Source: Prorocentrum cordatum (Eukaryota). From it: a DNA stretch of 64,000 nt. Below the pieces are notes generated by a model, which had not been told where the DNA came from, did no database searches, and saw only the letters and a list, made by a program, of their open reading frames with translations. A program made the position numbers and the translations under genes. The stretch lies in the NCBI GenBank assembly GCA_963575745.1, contig CAUYUJ010000148.1, positions 558,001 through 622,000 on the forward strand, written 5' to 3'. Below are positions 1 through 11,895 of the stretch, in pieces. Each line of letters starts with the position of its first letter. Positions within the stretch are counted from its first letter, which is position 1.

Positions 1-505
1 TCAGAGGCCCCAAGCGCACCCACAGAGGCCCCAGCCCGCAGAGGCCCCAGGAACGGCGCTCCCGCATTAAACTTCTTCGCAACTCAATCAAGTTCGCGGA
101 TGCCCAGCCGCGACGACAAGGCTCCTGCTCGATTTCCTCGCAATTGACTCCGGGAGGCCCTGGCCAGAGAGGTTCCCGAACTCAGGAACAGCGCTCTCGC
201 TGGAGACCTCTTGGCAACTCAGTCAAATTAGTGGGACGGCAGCCGCGATGGCAAGGGCTCCCGCTCGATGCTTCCTCGCGATTTGCTCCGAGAGGCCCTT
301 TCTCGTGGTCCATCTTTCTCTTCCCCCATCCGTCCCCCCTTCCCATGTTTTAGGGGCTGCGCTAAATGTACGTGGCAGGTAAGGAAGATATACCCCCGAG
401 GAAAATAAACCCCCGAAGTCGAGGGTTTGGGATATACGCGTTGCGTGGCACGTGATCGAACGAGAATAATCTTAAAATGATTGTTGTTGTTGTCGTCGTC
501 CCCCG

Positions 506-785
506 CGCGACCCACCCGCGACCCACCCCGCGCCCCACCCCGCGCCCCACCCCACGACCCACCCCGTGACCCACCCCGCGACCCACCCACGACCTAACCC
601 GCGACCCACCCGCGACCCACCCCGCCACCCACCCGCGACCCACCCGCGACCCACCCCGCGACCCAACCGCGACCCACACCGCGACCACCCGCGACCCACC
701 CGCGATCCACTTGCGACCCACCCACGACCCACCCCGCGACCCACCCGCGACCCACCCGCGACACACCCGCGACCCACCCGCGACC
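506..785. repeat. Tandem minisatellite, ~11-bp unit (CCACCCGCGAC)n with variants
   Basis: Directly visible reiteration of ccacccgcgac/ccaccccgcgac; the ORFs over it are low-complexity G/R/V/W readings. Confidence 0.9.
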
Positions 786-1047
786 GATCCACATTGGTTT
801 GAAGAAAACATCGGCGCCTGCGGCGGGCTCGTTGCATAATTTGTGAAACTTTGGCGCCTGCGGCGGGCTTCTTCAGAGTCTCACAGCCTGCCGACGTTCC
901 CACCGCCCACCCACTCTTATCCGCATCTACGGGGTGCTACATAGACGTTTCTCCTCTGAGGCTGGACCCGCCGGGGTAGGGCTCGCGAGGGGGCCGAAAA
1001 AATCACGAGCGGCGGCGGCAGGCAACCGCCCTGCGGCCCGCGAGGGC

Positions 1048-2316
1048 TCAGCGGGCGAAGCCGTCCTGGCCGTCCGCCTTCATCTCGGCGCCCGCGTACA
1101 CGTAGCCCGGAACGGTCGCGTAGACCACCTCGATGGGCGGCTCAACGGCGTCCGCCTTCCTCCCCAACTTCTCCAGGGCGAGCGCGGTGGACTTCGAGAA
1201 GCGCGGGTCGGCCACCTCGTCGTCGAGCAGGTCCATGATCTTGCCGAAATCCTTTCGAGCAGGGGCAGACCCTCCCTGCATTCCTAAAGACCTACCACGG
1301 AGTGATCTTAGAACTATAGAATGGTTGCAAGCGTGAACCCCAATCCGTGAGCTAGTGCAAGGTGGATGCGCAGCCTACGCGGTGCAACGTCGTATACTCT
1401 ATGCGGTGCGAGATACGTGGTACAAGATGTATGGTGAAGGCTATCGGGCGCAAACTACATGGCGTAAACTACGTGGTGCAAAACTATGTGTTGCAAGGCA
1501 CGGGATGCAACCCACGTGGTGCGATCTACGTGGTGAAAGCTACGTGGCGTATGCTATGAGGATGAAGCCATGTGGCGCAAGCCATGTGGCGCCTACGAGG
1601 CGCCCACGGCCGCCCACCAGGGGGAACCTCGCCACACCAAGCACGCGCACGTCGCGCCCACGAGGGGCCCACGGCCGCCCGCCAGCCGAAACCTCGAAAC
1701 ACCAGCCAGCGCACATGGCGCCCACGAGACTGCTCTTCGAACAAAAAGAAGTGTGCGCTTACAACATGAGACCGAGTGTCCCACACACGTATCACACTAT
1801 CAGCCAGGCGTGATCTCAGGACAGATTATGCCAATCAGTAGCGTGGTTCTGATACAATTTGTTGGTGGGTCTACTACAGGCGAACCAGGACGCTTCGTCA
1901 CTGCACGAGTCCTCCGTCAACACCTCCGCGCCGGCGATGGACTTCACCACCATGCCACCCGACACGCCAGCGGAGAACGCCTGGCCCTGAGGGTCCCCAG
2001 GGTACCGGGACACCGGGATCACCTCCATGGCCATCGCGCCCTTCATGCCGTTGCCCGGCTGGTAGCGCAGGATGCCGAAGGGGCGCTTCTTGTAGGTGAC
2101 GGTGGGGCCCGGGCCAGTGGCGGCCGAGGCGTCGAACGCCACATCCGCGTCCTTCGGCCCGCAGCGCTCCAGGTACTCCGCGCTCACGCGCGCGGCCACG
2201 CGCTCGCCGTGCTGGCAGCTGGGCGCGGGCGATCCCACGAAGCCGGCGCCCCTGCGGCACAGGGCCACCACCGCGGCCGCCAGCATGCACGTGAGGATGG
2301 GCCGCTGGGGCGCCAT
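1048..2316 (-). CDS. Plastid-targeted PDZ-like protein, copy 1; join(complement 1912..2316, 1048..1251), 202 aa
   Basis: Exon 1 (MAPQRPILTCMLAAAVVALCRRGAGFVGSP...KSIAGAEVLTE) joins in phase 0 to exon 2 (DFGKIMDLLDDE...DGFAR*) across a 660-nt intron GAG|GACTCG...CGAAAG|GAT. It begins with a hydrophobic signal peptide followed by FVGSP. KKRPFGI...GMVVKSIAG...DFGKIMDLL resembles a PDZ fold (inference, no search run). Confidence 0.8.
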
Positions 2317-2391
2317 GGCGGCAGAGCTCGGCGCGGGCTGAGGGGCGGGCGGTGCCTCCGGTCGTTAAAAAAGCCCAAGCCCAAAACTGAA

Positions 2392-3342
2392 TTATCCCAG
2401 TGCGACCCTACCTAGGAGTTGGAGCATCTAGGAAAGCAACATCTACATCTACACCGACAGCTACAGTAACATCTACACCTGCATCTACATATACATCAAC
2501 ATCAACTGCGAGACTCACATCTACATCTACACCTACACCTACACCTACATCTATATCTACATCTACACATACATCCATATATACACCTACACCTACATCT
2601 ACATCTACATATATAGGTTCGCATTGGTGTTGCTGTTGGCTTGCATTGCCTTTGCTTTTGTTTTTGCCTTCGCATTGCTATGATATGCTATACTGCGCTA
2701 TGCTATGCTATGATGTGCTGTGCTGTGCTGCGCTATGCAATGCTATGATATGCTGCGCTATGGTATGCTATGATACGCTGTGCTATGCTATGATATGCTA
2801 TGGTGCTGCGCTATGATATGCGATGCTGTGCTATGATTTGCTATGCTGCGCTGTGCTATGCTAAGCTATGCTGTGGTATGCTATGCTATGCCATGCTATG
2901 CTGCGCTAAGCCATACCATGCCATGCTATGCTATGCTATGCTGCGCTATGATATGCTGCGCTATGCTATGGTATGCCATGATATGCTATGGTATGATATA
3001 GTATGCTAAGCTATGCTATGCTATGCTATGCTATGCTATGCTATGCTAGTGCTGCGCTGCGCTAAGCTAAACTGAGCTAAGCTAACTTAAGCTATGCTAG
3101 GCTAGGCTAGCTTGAGCTAAGCTAAGCTAAGCTAATCTAGGCTAGGCTAAGCTAAGCTAAGCTGATCTAAGCTAAGCTAAGCTAGGCTAAGCTAAGATGA
3201 GATAAGCAACGTTAAGCTAAGGGGACGTAACTGGGGGAACCGCGGGGCGGACACTGGGGGAACCGCCCGGGGCGCTTTCCACTGCCCGGCCCCTTCAAGC
3301 CCAGAGAGTAAGAACGCTTCTAGGCAGAGCCTAGGTAGGGAA
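2392..3342. mobile_element. Non-autonomous DNA-element insertion (~950 bp) with asymmetric subterminal inverted repeats and internal microsatellites (HINE/MITE-like)
   Basis: Absent from the homologous site upstream of copies 2, 3, 5 and 6 (empty site ctgaa|caagg). Perfect 11-bp inverted repeat CCCTACCTAGG (2406-2416) / CCTAGGTAGGG (3330-3340). Interior is (CATCTA/CACCTA)n, (CTATG)n and (CTAAG)n. 'gaa' is duplicated at the junction. Confidence 0.8.
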
Positions 3343-3754
3343 CAAGGAAGAGGGACGCTGAAGGGGGGGGAAGGTGGAGGGCAGGGGGCAGGGAGTAGGA
3401 GGAGGGAAGAGGAGAGGGACGTGAGAGAGGAGGAGAGAGGAGGGGGAGGAGAGAGAGAGGCCCGGGTCGTGACGACCCGGGCGTTGGTTACTGACGCCGC
3501 GCGGATCGCTCAACTTTGAGCGACCGCGGCTTCCCGATGGAGCAGGGAGCTCGGTATCGGCCCACTCTGGGCCCTCGCCAGTCGTGGGTACTGACCAGAA
3601 TGTCGAGGCGCATCCAGCCGTGGCGACGAGGGAAGGGTCGCGGCATCGGTAGACGTTTCTCCTCTGAGGCTGGACCCGCCGGGGTAGGGCTCGCGGGGGG
3701 CCGAAAAAAGCACGAGCGGCGGCGGCAGGCAACCGCCCTGCGGCCCGCGAGGGC

Positions 3755-5339
3755 TCAGCGGGCGAAGCCGTCCTGGCCGTCCGCCTTCATCTCGGCGCCC
3801 GCGTACACGTAGCCCGGCACGGTCGCGTAGACCACCTCGATGGGCGGCTCAACGGCGTCCGCCTTCCTCCCCAACTTCTCCAGGGCGAGCGCGGTGGACT
3901 TCGAGAAGCGCGGGTCGGCCACCTCGTCGTCGAGCAGGTCCATGATCTTGCCGAAGTCCTTTCGAGCAGGGGCAGACCCTCCCTGCATTCCTAAAGACCT
4001 ACCACGGAGTGTTCTTAGAAATGTAGAGTGGTTGCAAGCGTGAACCCCAAGCCGTGAGCTATTTCAAGGTGGATGCGCAGCCTACGCGGTGCAATCCATG
4101 TGGTGCACTCTATGCGGTGCGAGCTACGTGGCACAAGATGTAGGCGAAGCTATGGGGCGCAAACAACATGGCGTAAACATGTGTGCAAGCTATTGTTGCA
4201 AGGACGGATGCAACCCAGTGGTGCGATCGTCGTGGTGAAAGTACGTGGTGCATGCTATGAGGATGCCATGGGCGCAAGCTCGTCGTCGAGCAGGTCCATG
4301 ATCTTGCCGAAGTCCTTTCAAGCAGGGGCAGACCCTCCCTGCATTCCTAAAGACCTACCACGGAGTGTTCTTAGAAATGTAGAGTGGTTGCAAGCGTGAA
4401 CCCCAAGCCGTGAGCTATTTCAAGGTGGATGCGCAGCCTACGCGGTGCAATCCATGTGGTGCACTCTATGCGGTGCGAGCTACGTGGCACAAGATGTATG
4501 GCGAAGGCTATGGGGCGCAAACAACATGGCGTAAACTATGTGGTGCAAGCTATGTGTTGCAAGGTACGGGATGCAACCCATGTGGTGCGATCTGTGTGGT
4601 GAAAGCTACGTGGTGCATGCTATGAGGATGAAGCCATGTGGCGCAAGCCATGTGGCGCCTACGAGGCGCCCACGGCCGCACACCAGGCGGAACCTCGCCA
4701 CACCAAGCACGCGCACGTCGCGCCCACGAGGGGCCCACGGCCGCCCGCCAGCCGAAACCTCGAAACACCAGCCAGCGCACATGGCGCCCACGAGACTGCT
4801 CTTCGAACAAAAAGAGGTGTGCGCTTACAACATGGGACCGAGTGTCTCACACACGTATCACACTATCAGCCAGGCGTGATCTCAGGCAGGTTCTGATACA
4901 ATTTGTTCCAGGACGCTTCGTCACTGCACGAGTCCTCCGTCAACACCTCCGCGCCGGCGATGGACTTCACCACCATGCCGCCCGACACGCCGGCGGAGAA
5001 CGCCTGGCCCTGAGGGTCCCCAGGGTACCGGGACACCGGGATCACCTCCATGGCCATCGCGCCCTTCATGCCGTTGCCCGGCTGGTAGCGCAGGATGCCG
5101 AAGGGGCGCTTCTTGTAGGTGACGGTGGGGCCCGGGCCAGTGGCGGCCGAGGCGTCGAACGCCACATCCGCGTCCTTCGGCCCGCAGCGCTCCAGGTACT
5201 CCGCGCTCACGCGCGCGGCCACGCGCTCGCCGCGATGGCAGGCGGGCGCAGGCGAGCCCACGAAGCCGGCGCCCCTGCGGCACAGGGCCACCACCGCGGC
5301 CGCCAGCACGCACGTGAGGATGGGCCGCTGGGGCGCCAT
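3755..5339 (-). CDS. Plastid-targeted PDZ-like protein, copy 2; join(complement 4935..5339, 3755..3958); intron contains a duplicated acceptor/partial exon 2
   Basis: Same exon structure as copy 1. An extra partial exon-2 start at 4279-4314 makes the correct splice ambiguous. Confidence 0.7.
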
Positions 5340-5824
5340 GGCGGCAGAGCTCGGCGCGGGCTGAGGGGCGGGCGGAGCCTCCAGTCGTTTAAAAAAGCTC
5401 AAGCCCAAAACTGAACAAGGAAGAGGGACGCTGAAGGGGGGGGGAGGTGGAGGGCAGGGGGCAGGGAGTAGGAGGAAGAGGAGAGGGACGTGAGAGAGGA
5501 GGCGAGCGGAGGGGGAGGAGAGAGAGAGGCCCGGGTCGTGACGACCTGGGCGTTGGTTACTGACGCCGCGCGGATCGCTCAACTTTGAGCGACCGCGGCT
5601 TCCCGATGGAGCAGGGAGCTCGATATCGGCCCACTCTGGGCCCTCGCCAATCGTGGGTTCTGACCAGAATGTCGAGGCGCATCCAGCCGTGGCGACGAGG
5701 GAAGGGTCGCGGCATCGGTAGACGTTTCTCCTCTGAGGCTGGACCCGCCGGGGTAGGGCTCGCGAGGGGGCCGAAAAAAGCACGAGCGGCGGCGGCAGGC
5801 AACCGCCCTGCGGCCCGCGAGGGC

Positions 5825-7053
5825 TCAGCGGGCGAAGCCGTCCTGGCCGTCCGCCTTCATCTCGGCGCCCGCGTACACGTAGCCCGGAACGGTCGCGTAG
5901 ACCACCTCGATGGGCGGCTCAACGGCGTCCGCCTTCCTCCCCAACTTCTCCAGGGCGAGCGCGGTGGACTTCGAGAAGCGCGGGTCGGCCACCTCGTCGT
6001 CGAGCAGGTCCATGATCTTGCCGAAGTCCTTTCAAGCAGGGGCAGACCCTCCCTGCATTCCTAAAGACCTACCACGGAGTGTTCTTAGAAATGTAGAGTG
6101 GTTGCAAGCGTGAACCCCAAGCCGTGAGCTATTTCAAGGTGGATGCGCAGCCTACGCGGTGCAATCCATGTGGTGCACTCTATGCGGTGCGAGCTACGTG
6201 GCACAAGATGTATGGCGAAGGCTATGGGGCGCAAACAACATGGCGTAAACTATGTGGTGCAAGCTATGTGTTGCAAGGTACGGGATGCAACCCATGTGGT
6301 GCGATCTGTGTGGTGAAAGCTACGTGGTGCATGCTATGAGGATGAAGCCATGTGGCGCAAGCCATGTGGCGCCTACGAGGCGCCCACGGCCGCACACCAG
6401 GCAGAACCTCGCCACACCAAGCACGCGCACGTCGCGCCCACGAGGGGCCCACGGCCGCCCGCCAGCCGAAACCTCGAAACACCAGCCAGCGCACATGGCG
6501 CCCACGAGACTGCTCTTCGAACAAAAAGAGGTGTGCGCTTACAACATGGGACCGAGTGTCTCACACACGTATCACACTATCAGCCAGGCGTGATCTCAGG
6601 CAGGTTCTGATACAATTTGTTCCAGGACGCTTCGTCACTGCACGAGTCCTCCGTCAACACCTCCGCGCCGGCGATGGACTTCACCACCATGCCGCCCGAC
6701 ACGCCGGCGGAGAACGCCTGGCCCTGAGGGTCCCCAGGGTACCGGGACACCGGGATCACCTCCATGGCCATCGCGCCCTTCATGCCGTTGCCCGGCTGGT
6801 AGCGCAGGATGCCGAAGGGGCGCTTCTTGTAGGTGACGGTGGGGCCCGGGCCAGTGGCGGCCGAGGCGTCGAACGCCACATCCGCGTCCTTCGGCCCGCA
6901 GCGCTCCAGGTACTCCGCGCTCACGCGCGCGGCCACGCGCTCGCCGCGATGGCAGGCGGGCGCAGGCGAGCCCACGAAGCCGGCGCCCCTGCGGCACAGG
7001 GCCACCACCGCGGCCGCCAGCACGCACGTGAGGATGGGCCGCTGGGGCGCCAT
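5825..7053 (-). CDS. Plastid-targeted PDZ-like protein, copy 3; join(complement 6649..7053, 5825..6028)
   Basis: Same exons, 620-nt GA-AG intron; exon 1 is offset 1714 bp from copy 2. Confidence 0.8.
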
Positions 7054-7538
7054 GGCGGCAGAGCTCGGCGCGGGCTGAGGGGCGGGCGGAGCCTCCAGTC
7101 GTTTAAAAAAGCTCAAGCCCAAAACTGAACAAGGAAGAGGGACGCTGAAGGGGGGGGGAGGTGGAGGGCAGGGGGCAGGGAGTAGGAGGAAGAGGAGAGG
7201 GACGTGAGAGAGGAGGCGAGCGGAGGGGGAGGAGAGAGAGAGGCCCGGGTCGTGACGACCTGGGCGTTGGTTACTGACGCCGCGCGGATCGCTCAACTTT
7301 GAGCGACCGCGGCTTCCCGATGGAGCAGGGAGCTCGATATCGGCCCACTCTGGGCCCTCGCCAATCGTGGGTTCTGACCAGAATGTCGAGGCGCATCCAG
7401 CCGTGGCGACGAGGGAAGGGTCGCGGCATCGGTAGACGTTTCTCCTCTGAGGCTGGACCCGCCGGGGTAGGGCTCGCGAGGGGGCCGAAAAAAGCACGAG
7501 CGGCGGCGGCAGGCAACCGCCCTGCGGCCCGCGAGGGC

Positions 7539-8767
7539 TCAGCGGGCGAAGCCGTCCTGGCCGTCCGCCTTCATCTCGGCGCCCGCGTACACGTAGCCCG
7601 GAACGGTCGCGTAGACCACCTCGATGGGCGGCTCAACGGCGTCCGCCTTCCTCCCCAACTTCTCCAGGGCGAGCGCGGTGGACTTCGAGAAGCGCGGGTC
7701 GGCCACCTCGTCGTCGAGCAGGTCCATGATCTTGCCGAAGTCCTTTCAAGCAGGGGCAGACCCTCCCTGCATTCCTAAAGACCTACCACGGAGTGTTCTT
7801 AGAAATGTAGAGTGGTTGCAAGCCTGAACCCCAAGCTGTGAGCTTTTTCAAGGTGGATGCGCAGCCTACGCGGTGCAATCCATGTGGTGCACTCTATGCG
7901 GTGCGAGCTACGTGGCACAAGATGTATGGCGAAGGCTATGGGGCGCAAACAACATGGCGTAAACTATGTGGTGCAAGCTATGTGTTGCAAGGTACGGGAT
8001 GCAACCCATGTGGTGCGATCTGTGTGGTGAAAGCTACGTGGTGCATGCTATGAGGATGAAGCCATGTGGCGCAAGCCATGTGGCGCCTACGAGGCGCCCA
8101 CGGCCGCACACCAGGCGGAACCTCGCCACACCAAGCACGCGCACGTCGCGCCCACGAGGGGCCCACGGCCGCCCGCCAGCCGAAACCTCGAAACACCAGC
8201 CAGCGCACATGGCGCCCACGAGACTGCTCTTCGAACAAAAAGAGGTATGCGCTTACAACATGAGACCGAGTGTCTCACACACGTATCACACTATCAGCCA
8301 GGCGTGATCTCAGGCAGGTTCTGATACAATTTGTTCCAAGACGCTTCGTCACTGCACGAGTCCTCCGTCAACACCTCCGCGCCGGCGATGGACTTCACCA
8401 CCATGCCGCCCGACACGCCGGCGGAGAACGCCTGGCCCTGAGGGTCCCCAGGGTACCGGGACACCGGGATCACCTCCATGGCCATCGCGCCCTTCATGCC
8501 GTTGCCCGGCTGGTAGCGCAGGATGCCGAAGGGGCGCTTCTTGTAGGTAACGGTGGGGCCCGGGCCAGTGGCGGCCGAGGCGTCGAATGCCACATCCGCG
8601 TCCTTCGGCCCGCAGCGCTCCAGGTACTCCGCGCTCACGCGCGCGGCCACGCGCTCGCCGCGATGGCAGGCGGGCGCAGGCGAGCCCACGAAGCCGGCGC
8701 CCCTGCGGCACAGGGCCACCACCGCGGCCGCCAGCACGCACGTGAGAATAGGCCGCTGGGGCGCCAT
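7539..8767 (-). CDS. Plastid-targeted PDZ-like protein, copy 4; join(complement 8363..8767, 7539..7742)
   Basis: Same exons, 620-nt GA-AG intron. Confidence 0.8.
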
Positions 8768-8843
8768 GGCGGCAGAGCTCGGCGCGGGCTGGGTAGCGGC
8801 GGAAGCCTCCGGTCGTTTAGAAAATCCAAAGCCAAAAACTGAA

Positions 8844-9781
8844 TTATCCCAGTGCGACCCTACCTAGGAGTTGGAGCATCTAGGAAAGCAACATCTACAT
8901 CTACACCGACAGCTACAGTAACATCTACACCTGCATCTACATTAACATCAACATCAACTGCGAGACTCACATCTACATCTACACTCACACCTACACCTAC
9001 ATCTATATCTACATCTACACCTACATCCACATATACACCTACACCTACATCTACATCTACATCTATATGTTCGCATTGGTGTTGCTGTTGTGTTGGATTG
9101 CCTTTGCTGTTGATGTTGCCTTCGCATTGCTATGATATGCTATACTGCACTATGCTATGCTATGATGTGCTGTGCTATGCTGCGCTATGCAATGCTATGA
9201 TATGCTGCGCTATGATATGCTATGATACGCTGTGATATGCAATGCTATGCTATTATATGATGCGTTATGATATGCTATGATATGTTAGGCTATGCTATGC
9301 TGCGCTGTGCTATGCTAAGCTATGCTGTGGTGTGCTATGCTATGCCATGCTATGCTGCGCTAAGCCATGTCATGCAATGCTGTGCTATGCTATGCTGCGC
9401 TATGCCATGCTGCGCTATGCTATGCTATGCTATGATATGAAATATTATGATATGATATGCTATGCTATGCTATGCTATGCGAATGCTGCGCTGCACTGCG
9501 CTAAGCTAACCTGAGCTAATCTAAGCTAACTTGAGCTAAGCTAGGCTAGGCTAAGCTAGGCTAAGCTAAGCTAATCTAGGCTAGGCTAAGCTAAGCTGAG
9601 CTGAGCTAAGCTAAGTTAAGCTAGACTAAGCTAAGATGAGATAAGCAACGTTAAACTAAGGGGACGTAGCTGGGGGAACCGCGGGGCGGATACTGGGGGA
9701 ACCGCCCGGGGCGCTTTCCACTGCCGGGCCCCTTCAAGCCCAGAGAGTAAGAACCCTTCCAGGCAGAGCCTAGGTAGGGAA
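8844..9781. mobile_element. Second copy of the ~0.95 kb non-autonomous insertion
   Basis: Same ends (ttatcccagtgcgaccctacctagg ... cctaggtagggaa), same insertion site and same order of microsatellite blocks as 2392..3342, with a diverged interior. Confidence 0.8.
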
Positions 9782-10196
9782 CAAGGAAGAGGGACGCTGA
9801 AGGGGGGGGGAGGTGGAGGGCAGGGGGCAGGGAGTAGGAGGAGGGAAGAGGAGAGGGACGTGAGAGAGGAGGAGAGAGGAGGGGGAGGAGAGAGAGAGGC
9901 CCGGGTCGTGACGACCCGGGCGTTGGTTACTGACGCCGCGCGGATCGCTCAACTTTGAGCGACCGCGGCTTCCCGATGGAGCAGGGAGCTCGGTATCGGC
10001 CCACTCTGGGCCCTCGCCAGTCGTGGGTTCTGACCAGAATGTCGAGGCGCACCCAGCCGTGGCGACGAGGAAAGGTTCGTGGCCCCATCGGTAGACGTTT
10101 CTCCTCTGAGGCTGGACCCGCCGGGGTAGGGCTCGCGGGGGGTCGAAAAAAGCACGAGCGGCGGCGGCAGGCAACCGCCCTGCGGCCCGCGAGGGC

Positions 10197-11407
10197 TCAG
10201 CGGGCGAAGCCGTCCTGGCCGTCCGCCTTCATCTCGGCGCCCGCGTACACGTAGCCCGGCACGGTCGCGTAGACCACCTCGATGGGCGGCTCAACGGCGT
10301 CCGCCTTCCTCCCCAACTTCTCCAGGGCGAGCGCAGTGGACTTCGAGAAGCGCGGGTCGGCCACCTCGTCGTCGAGCAGGTCCATGATCTTGCCGAAGTC
10401 CTTTCGAGCAGGGGAAGACCCTCCCCCACGGAGGGTTCTTAGAACTGTAGAGTGGTTGCAAGCGTGAACTCCAAGCCGTGAGCCATTTCAAGGTGGATGC
10501 GCAGCCTACGCGGTGCAATCCATGTGGTGCACTCTATGCGGTGCGAGCTACGTGGCACAAGATGTATGGCGAAGGCTATGGGGCGCAAACAACATGGCGT
10601 AAACTATGTGGTGCAAGCTATGTGATGCAAGGTACGGGATGCAACCCATGTGGTGCGATCTGTGTGGTGAAAACTACGTGGTGCATGCTATGAGGATGAA
10701 GCCATGTGGCGCAAGCCATGTGGCGCCTACGAGGCGCCCACGGCCGCACACCAGGCGGAACCTCGCCACACCAAGCACGCGCACGTCGCGCCCACGAGGC
10801 GTCCACGGCCGCCCGCCAGCCGAAACCTCGAAACACCAGCCAGCGCACATGGCGCCCACGAGACTGCTCTTCGAACAAAAAGAGGTGTGCGCTTACAACA
10901 TGAGACCGAGTGTTTCACACACGTATCACACTGTCAGCCAGGCGTGATCTCAGGCAGGTTCTGATACAATTTGTTCCAGGACGCTTCGTCACTGCACGAG
11001 TCCTCCGTCAACACCTCCGCGCCGGCGATGGACTTCACCACCATGCCGCCCGACACGCCGGCGGAGAACGCCTGGCCCTGAGGGTCCCCAGGGTACCGGG
11101 ACACCGGGATCACCTCCATGGCCATCGCGCCCTTCATGCCGTTGCCCGGCTGGTAGCGCAGGATGCCGAAGGGGCGCTTCTTGTAGGTGACGGTGGGGCC
11201 CGGGCCAGTGGCGGCCGAGGCGTCGAACGCCACATCCGCGTCCTTCGGCCCGCAGCGCTCCAAGTACTCCGCGCTCACGCGCGCGGCCACGCGCTCGCCG
11301 CGCTGGCAGCTGGACGCGGGCGAGCCCACGAAGCCGGCGCCCCTGCGGCACAGGGCAACCACCGCGGCGGCCAGCACGCACGTGAGGATGGGCCGCTGGG
11401 GCGCCAT
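10197..11407 (-). CDS. Plastid-targeted PDZ-like protein, copy 5; join(complement 11003..11407, 10197..10400)
   Basis: Same exons; 602-nt intron with an 18-nt deletion near the acceptor. Confidence 0.8.
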
Positions 11408-11895
11408 GGCGGCAGAGCTCGGCGCGGGCTGAGGGGCGGGCGGAGCCTCCGGTCGTTTAAAAAAGCTCAAGCCCAAAACTGAACAAGGAAGAAGGACGCT
11501 GAAGAGGGGGGGGAGGTGGAGGGCAGGGGGCAGGGAGTAGGAGGAAGAGGAGAGGGACGTGAGAGAGGAGACGAGCGGAGGGGGAGGAGAGAGAGAGGCC
11601 CGGGTCGTGACGACCCGGGCGTTGGTTACTGACGCCGCGCGGATCGCTCAACTTTGAGCGACCGCGGCTTCCCGATGGAGCAGGGAGCACGGTATCGGCG
11701 CACCCTGGGCCCTCGCCAGTCGTGGGTTCTGACCAGAATGTCGAGGCGCATCCAGCCGTGGCGACGAGGAAAGGGTCGTGGCCCCATCGGTAGGCGTTTC
11801 TCCTCTGAGGCTGGACCCGCCGGGGTAGGGCTCGCGGGGGGTCGAAAAAAGCACGAGCGGCGGCGGCAGGCAACCGCCCTGCGGCCCGCGAGGGC

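Noticed and set aside
348..355. Telomeric TTTAGGG
   Set aside because: Single occurrence, no array.
1570..2415. Long plus-strand ORFs over the array (281, 258, 190, 219 aa)
   Set aside because: Antisense shadows of a GC-rich coding exon, with variable ends between copies.
4866..5783. 305-aa single-exon ORF (and its twin at 6580-7497)
   Set aside because: It is read-through of spacer and intron around exon 1. The upstream extension is absent in other copies, and the true start is the GCC ATG GCG at 5339/7053.
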